Assembly (NCBI GenBank): GCA_041690135.1 | Contig: JAWLHY010000001.1 | Span: 1-64,000 of the forward strand | Length of the DNA: 64,000 nt | Reading direction: 5' to 3' | Source of the DNA: Armatimonadota bacterium | Lineage (GTDB): Bacteria > Armatimonadota > SYMT01 | Shown: one piece after another, positions 27,854-37,702 of the stretch | Layout: each line of letters begins with the position of its first letter | How positions within the stretch are numbered: the stretch's first letter is position 1 | Program-made: the position numbers and the translations under genes | Notes under the pieces: model-generated | What the model saw: only the letters and a program-made list of their open reading frames with translations | Database searches by the model: none | What the model was told of the DNA's origin: nothing

Positions 27854-28678
27854 TCACAACACGTGCATCAGTTTGTGCATCTGCGGGATGAGGCGCACCT
27901 CGCGCACGTACTCGCTGGCCATCGCATGCCAGTAAAGCATCCGATCCATCTCCGGAGCCGAAGTCACGGGGCCGAAGGGGGTAACGGGTTGAAGCGTCAG
28001 GCTGGCCCCCGGCGCCTCTTCGGCCGCCAACCGGAATGCCGCCCGTAACTCCCGCTCGTCCGCCTCGCTCCCCACGATCAACTTGAGAAAGGTGTGCGGA
28101 GCCCCGGGTTGCCCCGGACGAGCCACGCGCAGGAAACGCCGGTGCCGCTCCAGCCAATCCGGGCAAGGATCGCCCGTGCACGACGGCGGTTTGAGGTCCA
28201 TGGCGATCCAGTCGACCTGGTCCACCACGCGCTCCAGGTGGTCCGGCAACAAGCCATTGGTCTCCAGGTAGGCGCGCAGTCCGGAGGCGTGGAGCTCCGG
28301 AAGGAACTGCTCCAGGAAGCGAGCGTGCAAGAGGGGCTCGCCACCCGTGAGGCTGACGGAGTGGTGCGGCACCCGCGCCAGGTGCTGAACGGCATCCAGC
28401 ACCGCTTCCAGGCCGGCGGGATTCGGGAGGGGGCGGAAATCCGCGCGGCCGGGCGTCTGCTCGACCCGGCCGGGGAGCAGCGCGCCGGGGGGAGCTGTGA
28501 GGGTCTCCGGGCTATCGCACCAGGTGCAGCGGAGGTTGCAGCCGAAGAACCGCAGGAAGATCTGCCGCACCCCGATGAGTTCGGCCTCTCCCTGGATACT
28601 ACTGAATACCTCGACTACCCGCGCCCGCGGGGCAGCTCCGGTAGCCCTCGCGAGCGATTCTGTCTCTGCTTCCACCAT
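27854..28678 (-). CDS. queE: 7-carboxy-7-deazaguanine synthase (radical SAM)
   Basis: EVFSSIQGE, FLRFFGCNLRCTWCDS, SLTGGEPL, YLETNG, RLIPQMHK. Confidence 0.88.
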   Translation of the reverse strand: MVEAETESLARATGAAPRARVVEVFSSIQGEAELIGVRQIFLRFFGCNLRCTWCDSPETLTAPPGALLPGRVEQTPGRADFRPLPNPAGLEAVLDAVQHLARVPHHSVSLTGGEPLLHARFLEQFLPELHASGLRAYLETNGLLPDHLERVVDQVDWIAMDLKPPSCTGDPCPDWLERHRRFLRVARPGQPGAPHTFLKLIVGSEADERELRAAFRLAAEEAPGASLTLQPVTPFGPVTSAPEMDRMLYWHAMASEYVREVRLIPQMHKLMHVL

Positions 28679-28751
28679 CTCCGTGTGCCTGTCCTCGACC
28701 TATGCTCTATCACAGACACTTTACCTCCGGGCAGCGCCCACGAAAAGCAGA

Positions 28752-28778
28752 AGCCCTCCGAACCGATGTCCGGAGGGC
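28752..28778 (-). terminator. Probable terminator hairpin after the prepilin gene
   Basis: gccctccg...cggagggc with T-rich tail on the minus strand. Confidence 0.55.
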
Positions 28779-28807
28779 CTGACAGCACAGTCACAGGGGG
28801 CTTTGCA

Positions 28808-29503
28808 TCAAGGGTTGCATCGGCTTACGGGGATGTCGGCCCACTGGACCGGATAACCGCCACATCCCGCCGGGTTGCCGTAGAAGCCGACATGGGTAGG
28901 CCACCACTCCTGGGGCCGCTCACTGCGGCTCTTGCGCGCCTTTACGTGCCCGTCACCGAACAGGAAGTTGCCGGTTTCGCTGTGGCGGTGACAGAGACGG
29001 ATGGCATTCTGACAGGTGTCGTTCCAGATACTTGTCGCGTCCATTGCCAGGAACAGGTCGGCCGGAGCCTGGATATTCGCCAGGGCCTGCCCCGCCAGGA
29101 AAGCACTGAACCCATAGGCATTACTCTGAATCTGGACGTAAGTCTGGCCCGCTGCGGGAGGGGTGCCGGGCGTCAACGCGCCCGGCGGCACGCTGGGGCA
29201 GCGAAACACCTGCGTGTTTTTGACGTAGGGATAGATGTTGTGCGCCATGGTGCGCTGGTGCGCCGGCTGGAAGGGATTGCCGGACGCCCCGTCCCACGGA
29301 TTGAACGGCATCACTTCGTCATAATCCTGGGTGTACATCAGGACGGCATTGCCGACCTGTTTCAGGTTGCTCTGGCAACTCGACTTTCGAGCCGCCTCCC
29401 GAGCCTGGGCGAATACAGGAAAAAGGATCGCTGCGAGGATGGCAATGATCGCTATCACTACGAGCAACTCGATCAGCGTAAATCCCGACCTCATGCGCTT
29501 CAT
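28808..29503 (-). CDS. DUF1559-type prepilin N-terminal cleavage/methylation protein with H-X9-DG motif
   Basis: [43 protein letters not shown]; [15 protein letters not shown]. Confidence 0.92.
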   Translation of the reverse strand: MKRMRSGFTLIELLVVIAIIAILAAILFPVFAQAREAARKSSCQSNLKQVGNAVLMYTQDYDEVMPFNPWDGASGNPFQPAHQRTMAHNIYPYVKNTQVFRCPSVPPGALTPGTPPAAGQTYVQIQSNAYGFSAFLAGQALANIQAPADLFLAMDATSIWNDTCQNAIRLCHRHSETGNFLFGDGHVKARKSRSERPQEWWPTHVGFYGNPAGCGGYPVQWADIPVSRCNP

Positions 29504-29716
29504 TGGGGTGGTACTTTCTGCGATGTTGTTCGAACCGGCGCCAATGCCGGTTGGTTGCTTCTGGGCCGACGCCCAAGTGTAAAAGTTTGCCTCGACATCG
29601 CTACAGACCTTCAACCACTTTCATAGCTCGAGCGCAATTTTTCCTAAAGACAGAATTACACACCTTAATACATGCCATCGCATATCCGCATGGAAACTGG
29701 TTCCCGTAGTACGCAG

Positions 29717-29762
29717 AAAGGGAGTAGCCCACCGGAGGGGTTCCGGTGGGCTACTCCCTTTC
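29717..29762. terminator. Intrinsic terminator between the tandem prepilin genes
   Basis: gaaagggagtagcccaccgga-ggggt-tccggtgggctactccctttc. Confidence 0.85.
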
Positions 29763-29789
29763 TCATTTCCGAGGATTGCTGGTTCCCGA

Positions 29790-30467
29790 TTATCGCGGGT
29801 TGCAGGCGTTCACCGGAATCGCCGCCCACTGCACCGGGTATCCACCACAGCCGGAAGACGTTCCGTAGAAGCCTGTAAGCGTCGGCCACCACTCCTGGGG
29901 TCGCTCGCTGCGGCTCTTCCGTGCCTTCACGTGCCCGTCGGCATAGGCGAAGTTGCCGACCTCACTGTGCCGATGGCACAGGCGAATAGCGTTCTGGCAG
30001 CCGTCGTTCCAGGGGTTCTGCGCGTCGAATGCCATAAACAGATCAGCGGGCGCTTCGACCTGCGCCATGGCCCGGCCCGCGATCCAGTTGCTGAATCCAT
30101 ATGAGCCATAGGGGATCTGTACCCAGGTGGCTCCGGCGGACCCGGGGGTCATCGAAGTTCCGGCCACACTCGGGCAGCGGAAGACCTGTTGGTTCTTCAC
30201 ATACGGATAGATCAGGTGTGCGGCGGTTCTCTGATGGGTCGGCTGAAAGGGACTCGTACCGGAGTCCCAAATATTCATGACCATGACCTCATCGTAGTCC
30301 TGCGCATACATGAGCATCCCGGTGGAGATTTGTTTCAGATTGCTCTGGCAACTGGATTTACGAGCCGCTTCCCGAGCCTTCGCAAAGACCGGAAAGAGGA
30401 TCGCCGCCAGGATGGCGATGATAGCTATGACAACAAGTAGCTCAATGAGAGTGAAAGCACGCTTCAT
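29790..30467 (-). CDS. DUF1559-type prepilin protein (tandem paralog)
   Basis: [30 protein letters not shown]; [15 protein letters not shown]; C-terminus nearly identical to neighbour. Confidence 0.92.
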   Translation of the reverse strand: MKRAFTLIELLVVIAIIAILAAILFPVFAKAREAARKSSCQSNLKQISTGMLMYAQDYDEVMVMNIWDSGTSPFQPTHQRTAAHLIYPYVKNQQVFRCPSVAGTSMTPGSAGATWVQIPYGSYGFSNWIAGRAMAQVEAPADLFMAFDAQNPWNDGCQNAIRLCHRHSEVGNFAYADGHVKARKSRSERPQEWWPTLTGFYGTSSGCGGYPVQWAAIPVNACNPR

Positions 30468-30670
30468 TGCAACTCCTACCCTCTCGGTGGGTGTGTTAGC
30501 AGGGGCTTCGACAGGTGACGGTTCCAGCCCGGTGGTTCCGCCAACCAGCCTTATCCCTTGAATTACACGGGTTGCTAGCTCTCTCACCTAAGCGATGTGC
30601 GTGCTATCACATCAAAAGACTCTTCTTTGAAGCCTTTGGGCGACTCTGCGAATTTCTTAAGTGGTCAATC

Positions 30671-30715
30671 TTAAGATAAGGCGCTGAGGCCGTGAGGCCC
30701 AGCGCCTTATCTTAA
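30671..30715. terminator. Long hairpin, probable terminator
   Basis: ttaagataaggcgctg...cagcgccttatcttaa. Confidence 0.7.
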
Positions 30716-30805
30716 TCGATTAACTGCTAACGGCTTCCCTGCCAGGATGGACTATGGTGGAAGCTTGAGCGGTGCGGGAGGCGCCTCGGTTTGGAACGCC
30801 GCTAC

Positions 30806-31066
30806 TTACTGTCCAGATGCCGCGGGGGCCCCGCTTGAACCAGCATTTCCGCCCCCGTACATGGCATCCACGCTAGAGGCATTGGTTTCTCCCAGTGGCT
30901 TACCCGAGCGGGCGTCTTCCGCGCCGCCAGAAGCGCTGCTCTTCTCCATCATCTGATCCACACTCTGCTGGCTCTGTTCCTGCGCGGGCATCTGCTTTCC
31001 AGCTTCTCCACAACCGCTCAACGCTAGACCTGCAAGCACCGGCATAAGGTACACTAGCTTGTGCAT
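30806..31066 (-). CDS. Small low-complexity lipoprotein
   Basis: MHKLVYLMPVLAGLALSG-C lipobox; ggag RBS. Confidence 0.75.
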   Translation of the reverse strand: MHKLVYLMPVLAGLALSGCGEAGKQMPAQEQSQQSVDQMMEKSSASGGAEDARSGKPLGETNASSVDAMYGGGNAGSSGAPAASGQ

Positions 31067-31214
31067 TTGATGTTCTCCAAACGCGGCACAGCTCGAACTC
31101 GACAAGCACACGGACGCCAGCCACGTAGAGCGCCCGCAACTGCATCTTCGAGACGGTGGGGAATTTGCCCTACCGGCTGCAATAAATACCTCAATATTTA
31201 GACTGGGGACAACC

Positions 31215-31937
31215 TTGCTGGCACCTGACAAATTCTTTGACCTGAACGATTACACCCACGGCGCCCTCTTCACGGGGTTGCCACACGTCTGGCTGGCGCT
31301 ACCACGCCTTACGTCGTACCTCTCCGCTGTCCTGGCATCCCATTCGGGTCCGAAGTCGGCGGGCACCGTTTCGCCGGACGCGATCATCGTCAACCCGGAA
31401 ACGGTGATCCTGGGCGAAGGGACGGTGGTGGAAGGGGGCGCGTACATCGCCGGGCCGACGATCCTCGGGCGGAACTGCGAGGTGAGGCACGGCGCCTACA
31501 TCCGCGGCGGGGTGATCGCGGGGGACGGGTGCGTGATCGGGCACGCCTCCGAGTTGAAGAACGCAGTGTTGTTGAACGGCGCGCACGCTCCGCACTTCGC
31601 CTACGTCGGCGACAGTATCCTCGGGAACCGGGTCAACCTGGGAGCGGGGACCCGGCTCTCCAACCTGCCGCTGCTAAGCGAGAAGGACCGGGCGACCGGC
31701 AACCGCCCGACCCTGAAGCTGGTAATTGAAGGGACCGAGTATGATACGGGCCTGAGCAAGCTCGGGGCGATCCTTGGGGACGACGCGCAGACCGGCTGCA
31801 ACGTGGTGACCAACCCCGGCTGCTTGATTGGACGCCGGACCCTGGTCTACTCCCAGGTGTCGCTGCGCAAGGGGTTCTATCCGCACCACCGCATCGTCAA
31901 GCTGCGGCAGGAGCTCGAGGTCGTGGAGCGGCGGTAG
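31215..31937 (+). CDS. Hexapeptide-repeat (left-handed beta-helix) GlmU-like acyltransferase
   Basis: GAYIRG, HASELKNA, PHFAYVGDSILG, KLGAILGD. Confidence 0.85.
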   Translation: MLAPDKFFDLNDYTHGALFTGLPHVWLALPRLTSYLSAVLASHSGPKSAGTVSPDAIIVNPETVILGEGTVVEGGAYIAGPTILGRNCEVRHGAYIRGGVIAGDGCVIGHASELKNAVLLNGAHAPHFAYVGDSILGNRVNLGAGTRLSNLPLLSEKDRATGNRPTLKLVIEGTEYDTGLSKLGAILGDDAQTGCNVVTNPGCLIGRRTLVYSQVSLRKGFYPHHRIVKLRQELEVVERR

Positions 31938-31941
31938 TTTC

Positions 31942-32598
31942 TCAGGCCTTAGGCGCGGCAACCTGGGCGGACGCTATCTTCGACAGTTCCTTCAGAGCTT
32001 TGTCGGCCGCGCCCCGGGTCCATTCCTTCGGCGTATAAGCCCGGTTGTACAGCGTCTTCCCGTTCCGGAAGATGATCACGGTCACCGCCGCATCGGCAGC
32101 AATCTGGTAGCCGGGAGGCCCCACCGGGTCTCCCAGCACGGAGATGGGGATTGCGGTCGCCTGGTTCGCCTTTGCGAACTGGCGGGCCTGATTTTCCAGC
32201 GCGGTCTCGGAAGCGGTACTGTCCTCTCCCAGGAAGACGAACCAGCCGAACAGCTTCACGGGCACGCTCGCGGCCCCGGCTTTGCCGCCCGCCTGCGCCA
32301 GTTCCCGCTGGTTCTCCCGAACCGCATCGCGCAGGTCCGTCAGCAGCCGGGCCGTCGGCTCGTCCATCTTGCGGGCAAATACCAGCACCGCCAGCTCATC
32401 CTTCATCTCACAGACGTAACAGTGCTGCTTGCCGCTGTGCGGCCCCGTTACGAGGTTGCTGGTGAAAGGGAGGGGCCGCTCACCCAACTGCGGCCCGGAC
32501 TTCAGGTCCGCGGCAAAGGCAGTCGCAGTAGGCATCCCAGCCAGCGCCCATCCCGATAGGGCCAGCAGATTGCGGCGAGACACACAGATATCCTTCAT
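31942..32598 (-). CDS. Putative Tat-exported thioredoxin-like protein
   Basis: SRRNLL signal; LKSGPQLGE..VTGP..CYVC; start overlaps upstream stop (ATGA). Confidence 0.65.
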   Translation of the reverse strand: MKDICVSRRNLLALSGWALAGMPTATAFAADLKSGPQLGERPLPFTSNLVTGPHSGKQHCYVCEMKDELAVLVFARKMDEPTARLLTDLRDAVRENQRELAQAGGKAGAASVPVKLFGWFVFLGEDSTASETALENQARQFAKANQATAIPISVLGDPVGPPGYQIAADAAVTVIIFRNGKTLYNRAYTPKEWTRGAADKALKELSKIASAQVAAPKA

Positions 32599-34649
32599 TT
32601 CGCTACCCCTACATTCGCGGCGACCGAGCCGGACGCCAGCCTTCGCAAACGCTCCAGGTGCAACTCCCGCATGCCGGGGTCCGCACCCTTCCAGATGGCC
32701 GCGGCCCGGGCGGCATAGTGGTCCGCCATCTGCCGGTCGCCACGCCGTTCCCACACCACCTGCATTCCCAGCGCGCCCAGGATGCTGCCGTGTTCGTGCG
32801 CCAGCGCCTCGTGGTAAGCCTCTTCCGCTTCATCCCAGCGGTGCCCGCGCAGGGCCGTTTCGCCCCAGACTTCCAGCACGTAGCTGCCGCCGCCCCAGGC
32901 ATGCAGTCCGGGATCCTTCACCGCTTTCGCCGCCGCCTCGCGCAACAGCTTCAGGCCTTCGTCCACCTGGCCGCTCTGAACGAGGAAGCGCCCTTTCACC
33001 TCGTTGTAGCGATAGACGTTTGAGGGATTCTTTTTCCAGTCTTGCTCCACCCGCTCCAGCAGCGGTTTGGCGGCCTCGAGGTTGCCGCGGTTCAATTCCA
33101 CGATCGCCCCGATATAGAAGGACTCCGGCGTGTTATTCTTCCGGCGCTCTTCAACCCAGGCAGCCAGCGCGTCCATGTCCCCCTTCAACTGGAGGAGGCG
33201 CGCCCAGGGAAGACCATTGCGGTAGGCCTTCGGCTCGCTCTCCGCTTCTTTGAAGCGGCCCTCGTGTGCCAGCGCCCGGATCATCGTGTCGATGTGGTGG
33301 GAGGGGTCCAGTTCCGGAAAGCCTTCCAACGACTTCTTGCGGGAGGTCCGGGTGCAATCGATCGCCTCCTCCCAGCGGCCGACGCGCATGGCCAGGTGGG
33401 CCTGCATGTGGTTGGCATGCGGCATGTTGGGCGCGGAATTGCGATAGCCCCAGGTGTAGGGCCAGCCGAGGGCGGGCCGGTCTACCGACTCGTAGGAGTG
33501 AACCAGCTCGTGGTTGGGCGAAGGGTGCTCCGGCTGGATCTTGTGAGCGGCAAGCTGGTAGGGGATCGCCATCAGGCTGGTCCCGTGCGCCTTGCCGCGC
33601 CATACCCACAGCTCCACGTCCTCCGGATAGGCGGCGATAGCGCCTTCCAACGCATCCAAAAACGCCTCCCGCTTGTCCTTGGTCAACTCCAGCACACGAG
33701 CCGCGGCCATCCGGCGCTCCTTGTCGGTCCCCTTCTTCTGCACCAGCTCCAGCGCCCGGTTGGCGGCATCGAGCGGCTTGATCGGGTCCCCGTTGTTCGC
33801 CGCGAGGCTCAAGCCCCAGTAGGCCATTCCGCACTCCGGGTCGAGGTTGGCGGCGTGCTGGAAGTTGACGAAGGCGCCGTTCTTCACCCGACGAGGGGTG
33901 ACATAGGAATGCCAGCAGCGAAGCCCCTGCTCGTAATAGGCCTGCGCCTGCGGCTGAGCAGTCGTGATCGGATGGGAAAGTTTACCCAGGCCCTCGAAAA
34001 GCTGGGGCGTGTAAGGCGCGGGCTCCACCGGCTTGGTGGGCGCGGGCTTCACGTCCGGCACCGGCGGAGCCACGGGCTTCCACACGGTTCCCAGCGGATG
34101 GTCCGGCTGGAAGCGGAGGGCTCCCAGGTAGAAGGGCGTCGCCCGGAGCGGGTTCGGCATCACATCGCCCTTGAGGATCCAGACCTCCGGGTCCTCGAAG
34201 TGGATGCTGAGAGCGGTATCCAGGTCCCGGCGCACCTGGTCCAGCGACTTCTTCCGCTCCGCTTCCGGCTCGCCCTGGGCTTTGAGGTAACGGTGCCAGG
34301 CCGCAATCAGCTTCTGCTCGCGGTCGTCCGCCCCCGGCGCCAGTTTTTCCGCTTCTGCCGCTTCGAGGAGCGCTTCCGGTGTCTTCCCGGACTTGTGCAG
34401 TGCACGGCTCAGTCCCCAATGTGCCATCGCGCAGGTCTGGTCCCGCTTGAGCGCGGCGCGGAACTGCTTGATCGCCTGCTCCATGCGCCCCAGGTGATAA
34501 TCTTTCAGCGCCTCCTGGTACGTCCGGCTCACCTTCGGAGAAGTACAGGTGATCTGGTGCGGGGGAGGGGGAGCCTCCGGAGCCGCGGCCAACCCGCTTC
34601 CCAGGCTGAGAAGCAGGAGTGATGTGGTCACCACGTGAGAAGCTCGCAT
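32595..34649 (-). CDS. Secreted TPR-repeat protein
   Basis: Signal peptide; CAMAHWG / CGMAYWG TPR units; HPITT..AQAYYEQG; HANHMQAH. Confidence 0.8.
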   Translation of the reverse strand: MRASHVVTTSLLLLSLGSGLAAAPEAPPPPHQITCTSPKVSRTYQEALKDYHLGRMEQAIKQFRAALKRDQTCAMAHWGLSRALHKSGKTPEALLEAAEAEKLAPGADDREQKLIAAWHRYLKAQGEPEAERKKSLDQVRRDLDTALSIHFEDPEVWILKGDVMPNPLRATPFYLGALRFQPDHPLGTVWKPVAPPVPDVKPAPTKPVEPAPYTPQLFEGLGKLSHPITTAQPQAQAYYEQGLRCWHSYVTPRRVKNGAFVNFQHAANLDPECGMAYWGLSLAANNGDPIKPLDAANRALELVQKKGTDKERRMAAARVLELTKDKREAFLDALEGAIAAYPEDVELWVWRGKAHGTSLMAIPYQLAAHKIQPEHPSPNHELVHSYESVDRPALGWPYTWGYRNSAPNMPHANHMQAHLAMRVGRWEEAIDCTRTSRKKSLEGFPELDPSHHIDTMIRALAHEGRFKEAESEPKAYRNGLPWARLLQLKGDMDALAAWVEERRKNNTPESFYIGAIVELNRGNLEAAKPLLERVEQDWKKNPSNVYRYNEVKGRFLVQSGQVDEGLKLLREAAAKAVKDPGLHAWGGGSYVLEVWGETALRGHRWDEAEEAYHEALAHEHGSILGALGMQVVWERRGDRQMADHYAARAAAIWKGADPGMRELHLERLRRLASGSVAANVGVAK

Positions 34650-34910
34650 CCAGGTCCTCCGGAGGGGCGCCGGTTTGTCCCTTGACGGACAGGCGCGCGA
34701 AAATCCTACCTTCTACTACGAACAGACGCGGCCATTCCCCTTCCGGTCATCCGGTTTCGGGAGAACTCTGCGGAATCCCTAACCGCATCCGCGTTCAATC
34801 GGGCCGTGCCCAATTCCGGGACGCCTTGAAACAGGGAATCTGTTGCCCCCGCGCGGAACGTGATCGGGAGCGCGGGCCGTCCAACCGCTCCCTCTTACCG
34901 GAGAGAACCC

Positions 34911-35447
34911 ATGGCAAAACCGTTTCGCGAGTTGACGGACTACCTGGTCGCATTGGGGACCGACCGGGTCGAGCACAGCGGCGGGGCGTTCCTCGCCCAC
35001 CTGATCGGGGTCTACCGCGACCTGAAGGAATGGGGCTGCGACGAGGACCTGGCGCTGGCAGGCCTGTTCCACTCCATCTACGGCACCGAAGTGTTCCAGA
35101 GCTTCAAGGTCCCGCTGGACCGGAGAGAGGAGATTCGGGACCTAATCGGCGAGCGTGCGGAGCGGCTGGCCTACGCCAACTGCGCGCTGACCCGGGAATC
35201 GCTGGATGCTTCCATGGCCTCGGGCGGTCCGCCGCGCCTGTGGGATCGCTTTGAGAACACTCCTCTACCCCTCTCGGAGGAGGAGTTTACCCGCCTGATC
35301 ACGCTACACCTCTGCGACCGCCTGGAACAGGTCGAACGGAGCGGCAACTGGGAGGTGCGGCGCCAGGCATGGGAACAGATGGCTCGCCGCCTCGGAGGCA
35401 TCGCCTTCGAGAACTGGCAGCAGGTGTTCAGCCGTGCACCCCAGTAA
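34911..35447 (+). CDS. DUF6817-like (HD-related) protein
   Basis: HSG..FLAHL.GV..LKEWG..AGLFHSIYGTE, IGERAERL. Confidence 0.75.
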   Translation: MAKPFRELTDYLVALGTDRVEHSGGAFLAHLIGVYRDLKEWGCDEDLALAGLFHSIYGTEVFQSFKVPLDRREEIRDLIGERAERLAYANCALTRESLDASMASGGPPRLWDRFENTPLPLSEEEFTRLITLHLCDRLEQVERSGNWEVRRQAWEQMARRLGGIAFENWQQVFSRAPQ

Positions 35448-35490
35448 AGACTCTTCCGCCATTCGAACGATCGCTCTCAGGAAACCACCC

Positions 35491-36489
35491 ATGCGCCCCG
35501 TAATTCTCCTGACCTCTTTGCTGCTCGTCACGCTCGGCACCGGCGCCCTCCCACTCCCCAAAGTACTGGCCCAGCGCCAAAAGTCGCCGGTGCGCATCCT
35601 CTTCGATACCGACATCGGCCCCGACGTGGACGACGTGGGGACGGCCGCCGTGCTGCACGCCCTGGCGAATCGCGGGGAGGCGCGCATCCTGGGAATGGCC
35701 TGTTGCACCTCCAATGAGTGGGGCGCTCCGTGTCTCGACGCCCTGAACACGTACTTCGGGCGGCCCGATCTTCCGATCGGCACCTTTAAGGGCTCCGGCT
35801 TTCTCCCGGACTCGAAGTACGCCCGCGGCGTCGCGGAGGAGTTTCCCAACGATCTGCGCAGCGGCAAGAACGCTCCCGACGCCACCGAGCTGTACCGGCG
35901 CCTGCTGGCCAGGGCGAAAGACGGAAGCGTGGTATTCTGCGCCACCGGCCCCCTCAACAACCTCGCCCGCCTGCTCGACTCGCCCCCTGATAAGGTGAGC
36001 CGTCACTCCGGGCTGGAGCTGGTGCGCCGGAAGGTGAAGCATCTCTCGGTGATGGGCGGGAGGTACCCGGAAGGGAAGGAGTGGAACTTCGAGCAGGACC
36101 CGGCCGCCGCCGCCCGCGTGGCCTCGGCCTGGCCGACCCCCATCCTCTTCAGCGGCTTCGAGATCGGGGCGCGGGTCAAGACCGGAGCCCGGCAGGAGGC
36201 GGAAGCGCCGCAGGAGAGCCCGGTCCGGCGTGCCTACGCCCTTTACATCGGCGCCGGCAAGGACCGGGAGAGCTGGGACCAGACCGCCCTGCTGGCCGCG
36301 GTGCAGGGTGGGGAAGTCCACTGGTCGGTCCGTTCCGGCGGCACGGTGTCGATCGACCCGAAGACCGGCTACAGCCGCTGGACCCCAGACGCCACAGGGA
36401 AACACAGCTACCTCGTCGAGCGCGACCCCGTGGAGAACGTGAAGAAGGTCATTGATGATCTGATGCTGGCGCTTCCCGTCAAGCGATGA
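35491..36489 (+). CDS. Secreted nucleoside hydrolase family protein
   Basis: FDTDIGPDVDD, TGPLNN, MGG, EWNF, SWD. Confidence 0.85.
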   Translation: MRPVILLTSLLLVTLGTGALPLPKVLAQRQKSPVRILFDTDIGPDVDDVGTAAVLHALANRGEARILGMACCTSNEWGAPCLDALNTYFGRPDLPIGTFKGSGFLPDSKYARGVAEEFPNDLRSGKNAPDATELYRRLLARAKDGSVVFCATGPLNNLARLLDSPPDKVSRHSGLELVRRKVKHLSVMGGRYPEGKEWNFEQDPAAAARVASAWPTPILFSGFEIGARVKTGARQEAEAPQESPVRRAYALYIGAGKDRESWDQTALLAAVQGGEVHWSVRSGGTVSIDPKTGYSRWTPDATGKHSYLVERDPVENVKKVIDDLMLALPVKR

Positions 36490-36509
36490 CCGCAAGGGCG
36501 AGGTGAACG

Positions 36510-37598
36510 ATGGCGGACGATCCACCCAATTCGGGATCCCCACATTCGGGTCGGCCCAGCCGGGAGGTCATCCGGGAGTTCACGGACCGCGGTGTCCTCT
36601 GGCTCCTGGAGGACCCGACCAACACCGGCGAGCTGCTGCGCATCATCGAACCGGAGTTAGCGGCGCATCTGGACTTTCGACGGGCGCAGCGAGTCAATCG
36701 AAGCCTGATCCCCGCGGACTTGCAAAAGCGGGAAAGCGATCTGATCTTTTCCGTGCCCTATCGGGAGCCCTCCCCGAACGGTGAGGAGGTGATCTGGATC
36801 TATTTACTGCTGGAGCACCAGTCCAAGCGGGACCCCGAAATGGCCCTGCGGATCCTGAGCTACATGGTGCAACTCTGGGAGCTTCAGCGCCGAGCCTGGA
36901 CAGACCAGCGGACTCCACGGCGAGAGCGCCGCCTTCATCCCGTAATCCCGCTGGTGTTCTACACGGGCGAACCCGCCTGGAAGGGACCCATTACCCTCGC
37001 GGATCTGATGCGCCTCCCGCCGGAACTCCAGAGGTTCGTCCCTGCCTGGGAGACGCTGGCGCTGAACCTGAAGAGAACGGAACCGGAGGATCTGGTCCGC
37101 TTCGCTTCCGCCGTAGGCTGGGCACTGCGGGTCCTGCAGGAAGAGCGAACTTCTTTCGAGCGCTTCGAGAGCGTGGTCCGCCAATCGCTCGGCCAACTGG
37201 AACGCTTGACAGAGGAGCAGACCGGACAGTGGATTCGGGCGGTGTGGTTTATACTGCTTACGGGTTTCCACCGGCGAGAACACGACGAGTATAATACTCT
37301 TGAATCAGAAATTCGAGCCTGGGCGGCTCAATCCAAGTTCTTCAACCAGGAAGAGGTCGAGGTTATGGCACTTACCATGGCACAGGAAGTTGAGGCTCGT
37401 GGCGAGGCTCGTGGCGAGGCTCGTGGCGAGGCCCGAGCTGTTCAGAGGCTCTTGATCCGCCTGCTTGAAAGTCGTTTCGGAGCATTGCCGTTGCCGGTTC
37501 GAACCGCCATCAGTGATGCGGAGACGGCGGACCTCAATGCTTGGTATGAGCGGGCACTGCAAGCCGCAAGTCTCGAGGAAGTTGGGATCCTGCACTGA
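36510..37598 (+). CDS. Rpn family recombination-promoting nuclease/putative transposase (YhgA-like)
   Basis: RESDLIFSV, IYLLLEHQS, PVIPLVFYTG, (EARG)x3 linker, RLLESRFG.LP C-terminal domain. Confidence 0.9.
   Translation: MADDPPNSGSPHSGRPSREVIREFTDRGVLWLLEDPTNTGELLRIIEPELAAHLDFRRAQRVNRSLIPADLQKRESDLIFSVPYREPSPNGEEVIWIYLLLEHQSKRDPEMALRILSYMVQLWELQRRAWTDQRTPRRERRLHPVIPLVFYTGEPAWKGPITLADLMRLPPELQRFVPAWETLALNLKRTEPEDLVRFASAVGWALRVLQEERTSFERFESVVRQSLGQLERLTEEQTGQWIRAVWFILLTGFHRREHDEYNTLESEIRAWAAQSKFFNQEEVEVMALTMAQEVEARGEARGEARGEARAVQRLLIRLLESRFGALPLPVRTAISDAETADLNAWYERALQAASLEEVGILH
37365..37598 (+). CDS. Possible in-frame internal small protein (RpnS-type antitoxin), 77 aa
   Basis: aagaggtcgagg precedes ATG 37365 (MALTMAQEVEARG...). 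Confidence 0.5.
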   Translation: MALTMAQEVEARGEARGEARGEARAVQRLLIRLLESRFGALPLPVRTAISDAETADLNAWYERALQAASLEEVGILH

Positions 37599-37643
37599 TC
37601 CGGCGGTGCATCCTCGCGAGTTCACCTTTTGAACAGGCAAGAA

Positions 37644-37681
37644 TCGCGAAAGGGCCCGTCGTCCGGCGGGCCCTTTCGCGA
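37644..37681. terminator. Bidirectional terminator hairpin
   Basis: tcgcgaaagggcccgtc-gtcc-ggcgggccctttcgcga between convergent genes. Confidence 0.8.
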
Positions 37682-37702
37682 CTCATCCCCAGCAGGATCC
37701 CA

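Noticed and set aside
27854-28678. queE as part of a 7-deazaguanine DNA-modification defence cluster
   Set aside because: No dpd, queC or tgt-like neighbours; a tRNA queuosine role is simpler
34720-34845. Possible rod-like ncRNA between divergent genes
   Set aside because: Only short pairings (aacaga/tctgtt, attccc/gggaat), compatible with chance
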